A DNA stretch of 64,000 bases from an uncultured Gemmatimonadales bacterium. GTDB lineage: Bacteria; Gemmatimonadota; Gemmatimonadetes; Palauibacterales; Palauibacteraceae. This document shows positions 28,781-39,189 of the stretch, piece by piece. The stretch spans positions 608,001-672,000 of the forward strand of contig CAWANJ010000009.1 of assembly GCA_963783385.1 (NCBI GenBank), read 5' to 3'. The position numbers were made by a program, and so were the translations under genes. Numbering within the stretch: the stretch's first letter is position 1; each line of letters opens with the position of its first letter. The notes below the pieces were generated by a model that made no database searches, was not told the origin of the DNA, and was given only the letters and a program-made list of their open reading frames with translations.

Positions 28781-30168
28781 CGGCTGTCTCCCCGCTCGTC
28801 CCGGGCCAGCAGACGGACCAGCCCGCGCACGTCGGCCACCGGGTGGATCCGCACGCCCGCGTCGATCGCTCCCGCCGCCACGGACGGGACGACGACGCCC
28901 TGCATGCCGGCCCTGGCCGCCTCCCTCACCCTCGCCTCGAGCCGCGCCACGCCCCGGATCTCCCCGGCCAGTCCGACCTCGCCGACGAAGGCCAGTCGGC
29001 CCGGCGTCGCGCGGTCCGTGGCGGCCGATACGAGAGCGGCGAGCACGGCCAGGTCCGTGGCCGGATCCGCCAGCCGAAGGCCACCCACCACGTTCACGAA
29101 CACATCGGCGTCTCCGAGGGAGGGTCCTCCCCGTCGGCCCAGCACGGCCAGGAGCAGCGACAGTCGCCGGGGCGGGATGCCCGTTACGACCCTCTGGGGC
29201 GTACCGTAGCGCCCGGGCGTCGTGAGCGCCTGCACCTCGGCCAGGAGCGGGCGCGAGCCCTGGACCGGCACCGCCACGGCCGACCCGCTCACCCCCTCGG
29301 GGCGGTCGGCGAGGAAGAGGCCCGAGGGATCGGTCACCCCCTCGAGCCCCGACCCGGTCATCCGGAACACGGCCATCTCGTCCGTTCCGCCGAACCGGTT
29401 CTTGGTGGTTCGCAGGAGACGATGCTCCAGCGTCTTCTGGCCCTCGAACAGCAGGACGGCGTCCACGAGGTGCTCGAGGGTCCTGGGGCCCGCCAGCCCG
29501 CCTTGTTTGGTCACGTGACCGATCAGGAAGGTGGAGGTTCCGCTCTCCTTGGAGAACGTCTGCAGAACGGCCGCGCCCTCCCGCACCTGGGCGATGCCCC
29601 CCGGGGCCGCATTGGAGCGGGCCGAGCGGAGCGTCTGGATGGAATCGACGCACAGTAAGGCAGGCTCGACCTCACGGGCCGCCTCGACAATGGCGTCCAC
29701 GTCGGTCTCGGCCACGAACGGAACCTCGGACGCCGCGCCTCCCAGTCGCTCGGCCCGCATGCGCACCTGGCCGGCCGACTCCTCTCCCGAGACGTACAGG
29801 ACGGGCACCCCTCGCGAGCACAGGGAGGCCGCCGCCTGCAGCAGGAGGGTCGATTTGCCGATCCCCGGCGCTCCGCCCAGAAGGACCAGGGACCCGGGCA
29901 CCGCACCGCCCCCCAGCACCCGGTCCAGCTCGCCGACCTCCAGGGCCAGGCGCGTCTCGGGACCGGACTCGGTTTCCCGCAGCGGAAGGGGCGTGCGTCC
30001 CCCCGATCCGAGGCCGGGTCGCGATCCCGAGGCGCGGGCGCCGGAGCGAGCGGACGCAGGAGCCTGGCGCAGGGTGTTCCACTCACCGCACGCCGGGCAG
30101 CGTCCCTCCCAGCGCAGCGACTCCCCCCCGCACGCCGTGCATACGAAGCGAGTCCGTGGCCTCGCCAT
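28777..30168 (-). CDS. radA: DNA repair protein RadA/Sms
   Basis: CTACG..CPAC, GAPGIGKST, KNRFG, GEVGLAGEIR. Confidence 0.97.
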   Translation of the reverse strand: MARPRTRFVCTACGGESLRWEGRCPACGEWNTLRQAPASARSGARASGSRPGLGSGGRTPLPLRETESGPETRLALEVGELDRVLGGGAVPGSLVLLGGAPGIGKSTLLLQAAASLCSRGVPVLYVSGEESAGQVRMRAERLGGAASEVPFVAETDVDAIVEAAREVEPALLCVDSIQTLRSARSNAAPGGIAQVREGAAVLQTFSKESGTSTFLIGHVTKQGGLAGPRTLEHLVDAVLLFEGQKTLEHRLLRTTKNRFGGTDEMAVFRMTGSGLEGVTDPSGLFLADRPEGVSGSAVAVPVQGSRPLLAEVQALTTPGRYGTPQRVVTGIPPRRLSLLLAVLGRRGGPSLGDADVFVNVVGGLRLADPATDLAVLAALVSAATDRATPGRLAFVGEVGLAGEIRGVARLEARVREAARAGMQGVVVPSVAAGAIDAGVRIHPVADVRGLVRLLARDERGDSR

Positions 30169-30191
30169 GACCGCCTAGGGGCGTCGGACCA

Positions 30192-31589
30192 TCACGGGCC
30201 CTCGTCCTCCCGGCGGGCCACCGAGTCGAACAGCGTGTGCTCCTTGTGGAAGAACAGCTGGATCGTGCCGGTGGGGCCGTTGCGCTGCTTACCGATGATG
30301 AGCTCGGACTTGCCCTCCAGCGAGTTCCCGTCCGCGTCGACCGGTCCCTTGTAGACCTCCTCCCGGTACACGAACAGGACGAGGTCCGCGTCCTGCTCGA
30401 TGGCTCCAGACTCGCGAAGGTCCGCCAGCACCGGCCGGTGATCCGTGCGCTGCTCCGGAGCCCTCGACAGCTGGGAGAGCGCCAGGACCGGGACGTCCAG
30501 CTCCTTGGCCACCGCCTTGAGCGACCGACTGATGTGGCTGATCTCCTGCTGGCGGTTCTCGACGCCCCGTGGACCCACCATGAGCTGCAGGTAGTCGACG
30601 ATGATGAGGCCGAGATCGACCTCGGCGCGGAGCCTGCGCGACTTGGCCCTCAGCTCGAGGGCCGAGATCGCCGGCGAGTCGTCGATCCAGATGGGCGCCG
30701 TGTTGAGGTGGCCGGCGGCGGTGGCCAGGCGCGCGTACTCGTCGTCGCGCAGCCGGCCCCGCCGCAGACGTCCCGAGTCGACGCGTCCCTCGGCACACAG
30801 GAGCCGCTGGACGAGCGCCTCCTTCGACATCTCGAGCGAGAACACGGCCACGGAGACATCGTTCTCGATGGCCGCATGCTGGGCCACGTTGAGGGCCAGC
30901 GCCGTCTTCCCCATCGAGGGCCGGCCGGCCAGCACCACGAGCTCGCCCCGCTGGAAGCCCGCCGTCATGTGGTCCAGGTCCGGGAAGCCGGTGCCCACGC
31001 CCGTGACCATATCGGGGCTTCGCTGCAGCTCCTCGATGCGCTCGAAGGTCGGCCACAGGATCTCCTTGATCCACACGAACCCGCCCCGCTGGGCGGCCTG
31101 TGCGATCCTGAAGATGCGCTGCTCGGCCACGTCGAGCGTCTCGTCGATGTCGCCACCCCCGGCCGCGTAGGCGTCCTGGATGATGTCGGTGGCCGACTCG
31201 ATGAGCTGCCGGAGGGTGGCCTTGTCACGCAGGATACCGCAGTGGTACTCGATGTTGGCGGCCGTCGGGACGGCGTCCACCAGCCTCGCCAGGTAGGCCA
31301 TGCCGCCCGCCGCCTCCAGGTCGCCCGCGGACTTGAGCTCGTCGGAGAGCGTCACGACGTCGATGACCTCGCCGCGCCCGTACAGGCGGGCCATGGCCCG
31401 GAAGATCCGGCGGTTGGCCTCGCGGTAGAAGGCGCCGTCGTCGACGAGTTCGATCGCCTGCGCCACGGCGTCCCCATCGATGAGCATGCCGCCCAGGACG
31501 GAGATCTCCGCCTCCTCCGACCACGGGGCCTGGCGGTCCCGGAACGTCTCGCGGCTCTGCGCGGCCGAGCCCGGCTCGATCATCGCCAC
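30192..31589 (-). CDS. dnaB: Replicative DNA helicase
   Basis: GRPSMGKT, FSLEM, DYLQL, LSQLSR, DLRESGAIEQDAD, KQRNGP; no intein. Confidence 0.97.
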   Translation of the reverse strand: MAMIEPGSAAQSRETFRDRQAPWSEEAEISVLGGMLIDGDAVAQAIELVDDGAFYREANRRIFRAMARLYGRGEVIDVVTLSDELKSAGDLEAAGGMAYLARLVDAVPTAANIEYHCGILRDKATLRQLIESATDIIQDAYAAGGGDIDETLDVAEQRIFRIAQAAQRGGFVWIKEILWPTFERIEELQRSPDMVTGVGTGFPDLDHMTAGFQRGELVVLAGRPSMGKTALALNVAQHAAIENDVSVAVFSLEMSKEALVQRLLCAEGRVDSGRLRRGRLRDDEYARLATAAGHLNTAPIWIDDSPAISALELRAKSRRLRAEVDLGLIIVDYLQLMVGPRGVENRQQEISHISRSLKAVAKELDVPVLALSQLSRAPEQRTDHRPVLADLRESGAIEQDADLVLFVYREEVYKGPVDADGNSLEGKSELIIGKQRNGPTGTIQLFFHKEHTLFDSVARREDEGP

Positions 31590-31596
31590 CGCCCGC

Positions 31597-32517
31597 CTAC
31601 ACCAGACCGAGCTGCGTGTCGGATTCGAGCGCCGGCGCCACGCCGGCCTCGCCGCTCACCGTGTCGCCGTCCACGATGCTGCGGACCAACTGGAGATCCT
31701 CCCACGTGGGGCGGGTCCAGCTCCGGTTCCGGAGCAGAGCCGCGGGGTGATAGGTCGCGACCAGCGGGTAGCCGCGGTAGCGGTGAACCTTGCCCCGGAG
31801 GCTCCCGAGGCTGCCCGCGGCGCCCAGGAGGGTTCGGGCGGCGAACGCGCCGAAGGCCACGAGGACCTCGGGTCCGATCAGTTCGAGCTGGCGGTGCAGA
31901 TACGGCGAGCACGCCTCGATCTCCTCGGGGCGCGGGTCCCGATTGTTGGGCGGACGGCTCTTGAGGACGTTGCAGATGTACACCTCCTCGCGGCGGAAGC
32001 CCACGGAGAGGAGGAGACGGTCCAGGAGCTGGCCCGCCGGGCCCACGAAGGGCCGTCCGCTCTCGTCCTCTCGCGCGCCGGGAGCCTCGCCGACGCACAC
32101 GACCCGGGCCGAGGGATCCCCCTCGCCGAAGACCGCCTTCCTGCGCCCGGCATGCAGCGGGCAGCGCTCGCAAGCCTCCGCGATGGCCCGCAGGCTGGCC
32201 AGGTCCGGCACGCGACCGATCTCCTCGGCGGTGCCCTCCCGGGCCAGCCGCCGGACCTCCTCGGGATCGAGCGCCCGCCGCGGCGACCCCGCTCCCGCGC
32301 CGGCACCGTCCGGGGTCGACGCACGGCTGGAGACGTCCGGAGCCGGATCGGGGGCGGACGAGGGCCCGGCTTCCGCCGCAGGGGACGGCCGGAGCCGGCC
32401 CGCCTCGAACCGGTGTGCCAGACGCCGCGCCTCCGTGCGCCGGAGCCGGCCGAACACCAGCTCCGGCTCGCCGAGCGAGATCCGTGTCTGCAGGTAGCGC
32501 CGCAGCATCTCGTCCAC
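31597..32517 (-). CDS. Family-4 uracil-DNA glycosylase
   Basis: CERCPL, GEAPG, PFVG, SRPPNNR, TYHPA; low-complexity N-terminal extension. Confidence 0.92.
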   Translation of the reverse strand: MDEMLRRYLQTRISLGEPELVFGRLRRTEARRLAHRFEAGRLRPSPAAEAGPSSAPDPAPDVSSRASTPDGAGAGAGSPRRALDPEEVRRLAREGTAEEIGRVPDLASLRAIAEACERCPLHAGRRKAVFGEGDPSARVVCVGEAPGAREDESGRPFVGPAGQLLDRLLLSVGFRREEVYICNVLKSRPPNNRDPRPEEIEACSPYLHRQLELIGPEVLVAFGAFAARTLLGAAGSLGSLRGKVHRYRGYPLVATYHPAALLRNRSWTRPTWEDLQLVRSIVDGDTVSGEAGVAPALESDTQLGLV

Positions 32518-32518
32518 C

Positions 32519-33733
32519 TCAGTCGTCCCGGTCCTCGATGCGCTCCTCCAGTCGATCGAGCAGGCGCTCCGCCACCTCGCGCTTGGCGAGCCGCGGCATC
32601 TCCTCGCTGCCTCCCCACCGGTCCAGCAACGTCACGCGGTTCGTCTCCGCCTCCATCCCCTCGCCGGGTACGCCGGCCCGGTTGAGCGCGATATAGTCGA
32701 GGCCCTTGGCCTCGAGCTTCGCCCGGGCCCGCTCCTCGCCTTCCTCGCCCTCCCCGGTCTCGAGCGCGAAACCCAGCGACACGATCCCCCTCGCTGCCCG
32801 GTGCTCCCTGGTCTCGCGCAGCAGATCGGGCCCGGGAACGAGCCCGAGCTCAACGGGGCCGTCCTCCTTCCGGAGCTTGGAGCCCGACGTCCTGTGGACG
32901 CCGTAGTCGGCCACGGCCGCCGCCATGACGAGCACGTCCGCATCGCGCAGCTCCCGGCGCAGCACCTCCAGCATCTCGGCGCTCGTCGTGACCCGCTCGA
33001 CGCGTGGACCGTGGGGCGGCGGCAACGTCCCGGGGCCGGCGATGAGCACCACGTCGGAGCCCCGGCCCCAGGCCGCCGCCGCCAGCGCGTACCCCATGCG
33101 GCCGGTCGATGCGTTGCTGATGAAGCGCACGGGATCCACCGGGGCCCGCGTCGGTCCCGCCGTGACCACGACCCGGAGTCCGGCCAGGGGAGGCCCCGAT
33201 CGCAGGCGACGCGCCACCTCCTCGACGATGACCCGGGGCTCACTCATCCGGCCGGCTCCGACCTCGCCTTCCGCGAGCTCGCCCGTCTCGGGCCCCACGA
33301 CCTGGACGCCGCGTACGCGGAGCTTCTCCAGGTTGTCCCGCGTGGCCGAGTGCTCCCACATGCGCGTGTTCATGGCTGGACACACCATCACCGGTCCGGC
33401 GGCCGCCAGCACGGTGGCGGCCGCCAGGTCGTCGGCTCGCCCCCCGGCCATGCGGGCCAGGAAATCCGCCGTGGCGGGAGCCACCAGGACGAGGTCGGCG
33501 CATCGCCCGAGATCCAGATGCGCGAGCGGCCGCTCCCACACGTCGTGATGGACCGGCCGCCCGCTCAGGGCCTGGAAGGTGACGGAGCCGACGAACCTCC
33601 GCGCGCTCGCGGTCATCACCACGTCCACCTCCGCCCCTGCCTCCCGGAGGCGTCGGACGAGGGCGGCGCTCTTGTAGGCCGAGATGCCGCCGGTGACGAC
33701 GAGGAGGACCCGGCGGCCCTCGAGGGCTCGCAC
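32519..33733 (-). CDS. coaBC: Phosphopantothenoylcysteine decarboxylase/ligase
   Basis: TGGISAYK, PAMNTRM, TAGPT..DPVRFISN..G.MG, AAVADY. Confidence 0.96.
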   Translation of the reverse strand: MRALEGRRVLLVVTGGISAYKSAALVRRLREAGAEVDVVMTASARRFVGSVTFQALSGRPVHHDVWERPLAHLDLGRCADLVLVAPATADFLARMAGGRADDLAAATVLAAAGPVMVCPAMNTRMWEHSATRDNLEKLRVRGVQVVGPETGELAEGEVGAGRMSEPRVIVEEVARRLRSGPPLAGLRVVVTAGPTRAPVDPVRFISNASTGRMGYALAAAAWGRGSDVVLIAGPGTLPPPHGPRVERVTTSAEMLEVLRRELRDADVLVMAAAVADYGVHRTSGSKLRKEDGPVELGLVPGPDLLRETREHRAARGIVSLGFALETGEGEEGEERARAKLEAKGLDYIALNRAGVPGEGMEAETNRVTLLDRWGGSEEMPRLAKREVAERLLDRLEERIEDRDD

Positions 33734-33743
33734 GGGCGCGGGC

Positions 33744-33959
33744 TCAGTCGCCGCCGGAGCCCCGCCGTGCGACGAGCCGGAACTCGAGCTGGCCGCTGGT
33801 CAGGGCCTCGAGAGCCACGGTCGTCAGCTTCCTCGGTCCGTAGGGCGACGTCTCGAGCGGGAGCTCGTTGAGCTCGCGTGCGTACGCGGCCGCCACCAGG
33901 ACCCCTCTGTACTTGTCGCCGGCCAGGTGAGCCAGCGCGTCCGGCGTGAATACCTTCAT
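33744..33959 (-). CDS. rpoZ: RNA polymerase omega subunit
   Basis: DKYRGVLVAAAYAREL, KLTTVALE; gmk-rpoZ-coaBC synteny. Confidence 0.88.
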   Translation of the reverse strand: MKVFTPDALAHLAGDKYRGVLVAAAYARELNELPLETSPYGPRKLTTVALEALTSGQLEFRLVARRGSGGD

Positions 33960-34011
33960 CGTTCCTCTCCGTCGTTGGGCGCCTCACCGGTTCGGCGAGC
34001 CGCTCCTTTCT

Positions 34012-34707
34012 CTACCGCCGCCGGCTTCGGGCCGTAGCGTCCTCGCCGTCCAGACCGAGGGTGCGGCGGATCTCCTCCTCGATGCACTGCACACGGTGTG
34101 ATACTCGCTCCCCCATGCGGTCGATCCGCAACTCCTCGGAGCGTACGATGCCGAGGGCCGACTCCACGGCCACGTCCAGGTCGTCGTTGACCACCACGAA
34201 GTCGAACTCGCCGACCGCCCGCAGCTCCCGTTCGGCGGTCTGCATGCGTCGCCGACGTTCCGCCTCTCCCTCGCTGCCGCGGCCCTCCAGTCTCGCCACC
34301 ATGCGCTCGCCGGCGGGCGGAAGGAGGAAGATCGTCACCACATTGGGTTCGAGTCGCCGCACCGAGCGAGCCCCCTGGACGTCGATGTCCAGCAGCAGGT
34401 GGACCCCGTCCCGACGGGCAGACTCCACCTGGCTTCGCGGCGTCCCATACATCTCGCCGTGGACCTCTGCCCATTCGAGGAGCTCGTTCTGCTCGCGCAT
34501 CGCCACGAAGGCGGACCGCTCGACGAACCAGTAGTCCTTCCCGTCCTCCTCGTCGGCACGTGGCTCGCGCGTCGTCGCGGAAACGGAGAATCGGAAGCGC
34601 TTCCCGTCGAGCGCCAGCCGGCGGGCGACGGTCGTCTTCCCGCTCCCGGAGGGGCCGGCCAGGACCACGGGAAAGGCCGGCGCCACCAGGGGGCCCTCCC
34701 GCGTCAT
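34012..34707 (-). CDS. gmk: Guanylate kinase
   Basis: GPSGSGKTT, SVSATTREPR, YGTP, DIDVQGA; start ATG 34707 or GTG 34749. Confidence 0.95.
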   Translation of the reverse strand: MTREGPLVAPAFPVVLAGPSGSGKTTVARRLALDGKRFRFSVSATTREPRADEEDGKDYWFVERSAFVAMREQNELLEWAEVHGEMYGTPRSQVESARRDGVHLLLDIDVQGARSVRRLEPNVVTIFLLPPAGERMVARLEGRGSEGEAERRRRMQTAERELRAVGEFDFVVVNDDLDVAVESALGIVRSEELRIDRMGERVSHRVQCIEEEIRRTLGLDGEDATARSRRR

Positions 34708-34756
34708 CGCCGCGACCCGAGCCGAGCGCCGGTCGCCGCTCCCGACCACGGGAGGG

Positions 34757-35639
34757 TCACTCGACGTTCTCGATCTGCTCTCGCAGCCGTTCGATCTCGT
34801 TCTTCATGTCGACCACCACGTGCGAAATAGCAGCGTCGTTGGCCTTCGCGCCGGTCGTGTTGATCTCCCGGTGGAGCTCCTGCACCAGGAAGCCCAATCG
34901 CTTACCGACCGGGACGGCGGCGGGCTCGTCCAGGAGCTGGCGGAACGCCTCGATGTGGGCGCGGGCCCGTACCATCTCCTCGCCCACGTCCCACTTGTCG
35001 GCGAGCACGGCCACCTCGCGGGCCACCCGCTCGCCATCCGCATTCCCGCCCTCCCGTGAGCTCGGAGACCGCCTCCAGGAGGCGGGCGCGCTCGCGCTCG
35101 AGACGTCGGGGAGCGAGTTCCTCGACATGCTCGATGCCCCGCTCGAGCCCCTGCACGCGCTCGAGCAGGTCTCGCTCCAGGCGCTCCCCCTCCCGTTCGC
35201 GCATGGTCACGAGCTCGTCCAGCGCCCGGACGACCAGGGGCTCGAGGCTCGCCCAGTCGAGATCGGATGCGGAGGGAGCCGTCCTCCGACGGAGGAGCCC
35301 TCCCGCCTGCACGACCAGGGGCAGATCCACGCGGCCCGGCAGGGAGAAGTCCTCCCTCAGCGTCTGGAGCGCTCGCAACAACGCTTCAACCCGCTCCCGG
35401 TCGAGCTCGAGCGCGCCCTCCCCCCCGGCCTCCTCGAGACGGATCGTGACGTCCACGCTTCCGCGATCGGCCCGCTCTCCCACGAGCTCGCGCAGTCGCG
35501 GCTCCCACGATTCACCGCCGGCGGGCAGGCGGACGTCGACCCGCAGATGTCGCCCGTTCACCGAGCGCGCATCCACGGCGATCGAGGTCTCCCCCGCGGT
35601 ACCTGTGGCCGATCCGAACCCCGTCATGCTACGTAGCAT
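34757..35639 (-). CDS. yicC: YicC/YloC family endoribonuclease (apparent +1 frameshift ~35043)
   Basis: SMTGFG, RSVNGR at the N-terminus; GKRLGFLVQELHREINTTGAK, REQIENVE at the C-terminus. Confidence 0.93.
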
Positions 35640-35652
35640 AGTGAAGGGCCGG

Positions 35653-35682
35653 AAGGTAGGAGGCGGCCGGCGGGACCGTCAA
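35653..35682 (-). promoter_or_regulatory. Sigma70-type promoter for yicC-gmk-rpoZ
   Basis: TTGACG-18 nt-TACCTT. Confidence 0.55.
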
Positions 35683-35727
35683 CCGGGCCCCGGGCATCAC
35701 CATGATACGCACGTATGCATCACGTTC

Positions 35728-37626
35728 CTAATTGCTCCATTCCCAACTGACTCCAACGACATTGACCCCTCCCTGGTGCACGAGACCTTCGAAGTCGGCG
35801 CTGTTGACGAGGCCGAGGTCGTGCCCCTCCCAGTACAGCCGGAACCGGTCGATCCGAATCTCCACCCGCCCGAGCGCGAGGCTGCGGGCCGGGAGCAGGA
35901 CCACCCCCGCCTGCCCCGGTCGCGACGTGGCCATGGCGGACCGGTACGATCCTCCGAACGCCATCAGGATGTGCAGATTATCCTGGAACAGGTCCCCCCG
36001 GAGCGCGATCTCCCCGTAGGCCACGTCGGCCGGCACGTACCGGAGCCCCGCGCCGGCGAGGCGATTCGAGTGCCGCCAGACGCCCACGAACGTGAGGCGG
36101 TCCGACAGGACCCCGACGGGGAGGGCGGGGCCCTCGACCCGGCTTTCGAATCCGCCCACGGTGGCGCCGGCCGCCGGGGCGAGGGCGCTGTCGAAGGCGA
36201 AGCCGAACGGAAGCTGCCGGCTGACCTTCTGCCAGGTTCCACGACCTTCGAGCCTGTATGGGCCCAGGCGCAGGTCGGCCACTCCCTCGAACGCGTCGAA
36301 GCCGACCGAGTCGGCGGTCCCCTGGAGCGGGCGGGCCACGCCGCGACTGCCGGAGGCGACCGACCCCCGCAGGCTGAGCCCGATCGCCCCACCGGTGTGC
36401 GGGTGCACGAGGACCCCGAGCCGTTCCGTGTGAGCGTCGAAGTCCGCCCAGGAGGTCCAGTCGCCCCCGGCTTCGAGGCGGAGCCACCGATTCAGGGCCA
36501 CACCCGCCTCCAGCGAACCCTCCATCCGGGGACGCGAGGGACCGCTCCACGCGCGAAAAGCCGCCCGGACGGAGGCCGGCCCGGGGAGCGCCGTGAGGGT
36601 GAGCGCCGCCTGGCGATCGGAGATCTCGATCCCGCCGGTGCTCGCATCGGGCCGACGCGTGGAGCGGCCCGCCCATCCGTCCGCCTGCAGCCAGCCGGTC
36701 AGGTCCGCGCGACCGTGCAGGAACAGTTCCCCCCGGGAGAACTTCTCCTGCCCGAGGATGGTGCGCTCGATGCTCTCCGATCGGCCGCGCACCTCGAAGC
36801 CCACCCGGCCGCCGGTCGGCATCCATGCCACCCGGGCCCAGCCGTCCAGCCGGTGCGCCGGCGTCAGTCCCCCGGCGACGTCCAGGAAGTCGCCCGCTCC
36901 GGCCATCTGCAGATGCGCGCCGATCCCGTTGGCGAACACGCCCCGCACGGAGTTGAGCGAGGGTCGGCCCGTAGCGGCCTCGAGGCGCGAATAGGCCGGT
37001 CCCTCGCCGTGCGACACGGTGGTGACCTCGATCCGGACCGATCCCGCTTCGCGCGCCACGCTCAGCCGATCAACCGAGATGAGCGAGATGCGGCGGAGGT
37101 CGACCATCCCCCCGCCCAGCGGATCCAGCTCGCGACCATCCACGATGACGGCGACGAAGCCCGGCCCGTAGGCACCGTCCATGGCCACGAACGGGCCGGC
37201 GAAGTACCCGGCCGAGAGTCCCATGAGCCCCGGCATCTGTCGCTCGAGGAAGTCCAGCAGGTTCTGGGGAGCGGCCGCGATCAGCTCTTCGCGGCTCCAG
37301 CTCCGGACGGACACGGTCCGGAGGCTGTCGGGGAGCTCGAGGGCGGCCGGGAACGCGGGCGCCTCGGGTCGGGCCGTCGTGTCGGCGGCCGTCGAGGTAT
37401 CGGTCCCGGCCGGCCGGGGACCCGTGGCCGGGACCGTGTCCTGGGCCGAGGCCGTATCCGCGTGCGTCGCGGTGTCGGCCGGCGGCACGGTGTCGACCAT
37501 GGCCGTGCCCGCCCCGGCCGGGGACGGGGTGGCGACCGCGGCCCCGGGCGCCAGCCCGATCAGGATGCCGGCCAGGACACCAAGCACGCCGGACGCCGTC
37601 GGTCCGTGGGCGGCCTGCCGGCCCAT
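35728..37626 (-). CDS. Exported protein, probable outer-membrane beta-barrel with TonB-receptor plug-like domain
   Basis: Signal-like N-terminus; plug-like segment (NLLDFLERQMPG..VIVDG..DLRRI..); alternating amphipathic strands; ends VSWEWSN; start uncertain. Confidence 0.65.
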   Translation of the reverse strand: MGRQAAHGPTASGVLGVLAGILIGLAPGAAVATPSPAGAGTAMVDTVPPADTATHADTASAQDTVPATGPRPAGTDTSTAADTTARPEAPAFPAALELPDSLRTVSVRSWSREELIAAAPQNLLDFLERQMPGLMGLSAGYFAGPFVAMDGAYGPGFVAVIVDGRELDPLGGGMVDLRRISLISVDRLSVAREAGSVRIEVTTVSHGEGPAYSRLEAATGRPSLNSVRGVFANGIGAHLQMAGAGDFLDVAGGLTPAHRLDGWARVAWMPTGGRVGFEVRGRSESIERTILGQEKFSRGELFLHGRADLTGWLQADGWAGRSTRRPDASTGGIEISDRQAALTLTALPGPASVRAAFRAWSGPSRPRMEGSLEAGVALNRWLRLEAGGDWTSWADFDAHTERLGVLVHPHTGGAIGLSLRGSVASGSRGVARPLQGTADSVGFDAFEGVADLRLGPYRLEGRGTWQKVSRQLPFGFAFDSALAPAAGATVGGFESRVEGPALPVGVLSDRLTFVGVWRHSNRLAGAGLRYVPADVAYGEIALRGDLFQDNLHILMAFGGSYRSAMATSRPGQAGVVLLPARSLALGRVEIRIDRFRLYWEGHDLGLVNSADFEGLVHQGGVNVVGVSWEWSN

Positions 37627-37642
37627 CGCGGGCCGGCCACGT

Positions 37643-39189
37643 TCATGATCTGGCAGCGCGGCGAAGCCAGTCGATGAGGAGGCGCACGCCCACGCCCGTG
37701 GCTCCCTCGGGCTGGTAGGGGCCTGCTTCCTTGGCCCAGGCGGTGCCGGCGATGTCCAGGTGCGCCCACGGAACGCCATCGGCCACGAACTCCTTGAGGA
37801 AGCAGCCGGCCGTGAGCGGGCTCGCGTCCCGACCCGCGCTGTTCTTGATATCCGCGATGTCCGAATCCATCTGCTTCCGGTACTCTTCCCACAGCGGGAG
37901 GCGCCACACGCGTTCCCCGGAGCGCCGTCCCGCCTCGTCCAGCTCGGAAGCGAGCCCATCGTCGTCCGTCATGAGTCCACTGGCGTGGTACCCCAGCGCC
38001 ACCACGCATTCCGCCGGTGAGCGTGGCCAGGTCCACCATGGCACGCGGCTCGAGGCGGGAGCCGTAGGCGAGCGCGTCCGAGAGGATGAGCCGTCCCTCG
38101 GCATCCGTGTTCACGACCTCGATGGAAATGCCGGAGACGCCCCGTATCACGTCCGCCGGCTTGAGCGCGCTGCCCGAGGGCAGGTTCTCGGTCGACGGCA
38201 CCAGGCCCACGATCCGGGCCGGGAGCCCGAGCTCCGCTGCGGCCCGCATGGCTCCGAGGACCGCGGCCCCGCCTCCCATGTCGAACTTCATGTCCTCCAT
38301 GCCGGAGGACGGCTTGAGCGAGATGCCCCCGGCGTCGAAGGTGACGCCCTTCCCCACGAGCACGAACGGAGCGCCTTCCGCGCCCCGGTGCTGGAGGATG
38401 ATGAACCGCGGCTGCTCCGTGGAGCCACGCGACACCGCCAGCAGGCCCCCGAAGCCTTCCTCGCGCAGCTTGTCCGGACCCCACACGTCCGCCTGCAGCC
38501 CGTACGCATCGGCCATCTCCGCGGGCGCGCATCGCCAGGAAGGTCGGGGTGGCCACGTTGCCGGGACGCGCCACGAGCCCTCGAGCCCAGTTCTGGGCGG
38601 CCGCCACCGCCCGGCCCTCGCGGACAGCCCGGGCGAGCGCGTCCATGGTCCCGCTCGTGTCCTCCGGCACGTGGACCGCGGCCCGTCCCGGCCGGGGAGG
38701 CCGCTTCTCGCGGCGCTCGGCTCCGCGAAGCTCGTCGAAACTCCAGTCTCCGAGGACCAGGCCCTCGGCGGCGGCCCGCACGCATTCCTCGAGCGGATCG
38801 ACGAGACCATCGGGAAGGACCACCGCCGCCGAATCGAGCCGCCGGTGGCGCGCCTCCCGAATCGTGACCCCGGCGAGTCGCCGTACGGCTTCGGCTCGCC
38901 GGTCGGCTTCCTTGCCCAGTCCCACGGCCAGCAGGTGCGGCGTTCCGTTCCCCGACGGCACGAACAGGGTCTCCCCCGCCTCGCCGCGGAAACGGCCCGC
39001 CGCCACCCATCGACCCAGCACGCCACCCGCCCGGCGATCCAGAGCCTCGGTCGCGCCCGAAGGCGCCGCGCCTTCGCCCAGCCCTACGGCCACGACCTCG
39101 GTGTCCAGGTCGAGGACCGGCGCGGGGACCAGCGTCACCTCGCGCTCGTCCCCCGAGCCGACCGTGGCCTCCTCGGCCGGGCCCGTCAC
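37643..39189 (-). CDS. pepA: Leucyl aminopeptidase (M17), with two apparent +1 frameshifts (~38524, ~38009)
   Basis: [39 protein letters not shown] split over three ORFs. Confidence 0.93.

Noticed and set aside
35694-35726. AT-richer imperfect hairpin, with ACCATGATACG shared with ~41954
   Set aside because: Most simply a TATCAT -10 element on the minus strand or a weak terminator; too short to call a regulator site.
3047-39189. Split nuoCD, tpiA, yicC and pepA as pseudogenes or programmed frameshifts
   Set aside because: There are no slippery heptamers and no other decay, all are single +1 events in core genes, and sequencing error is the simpler explanation.
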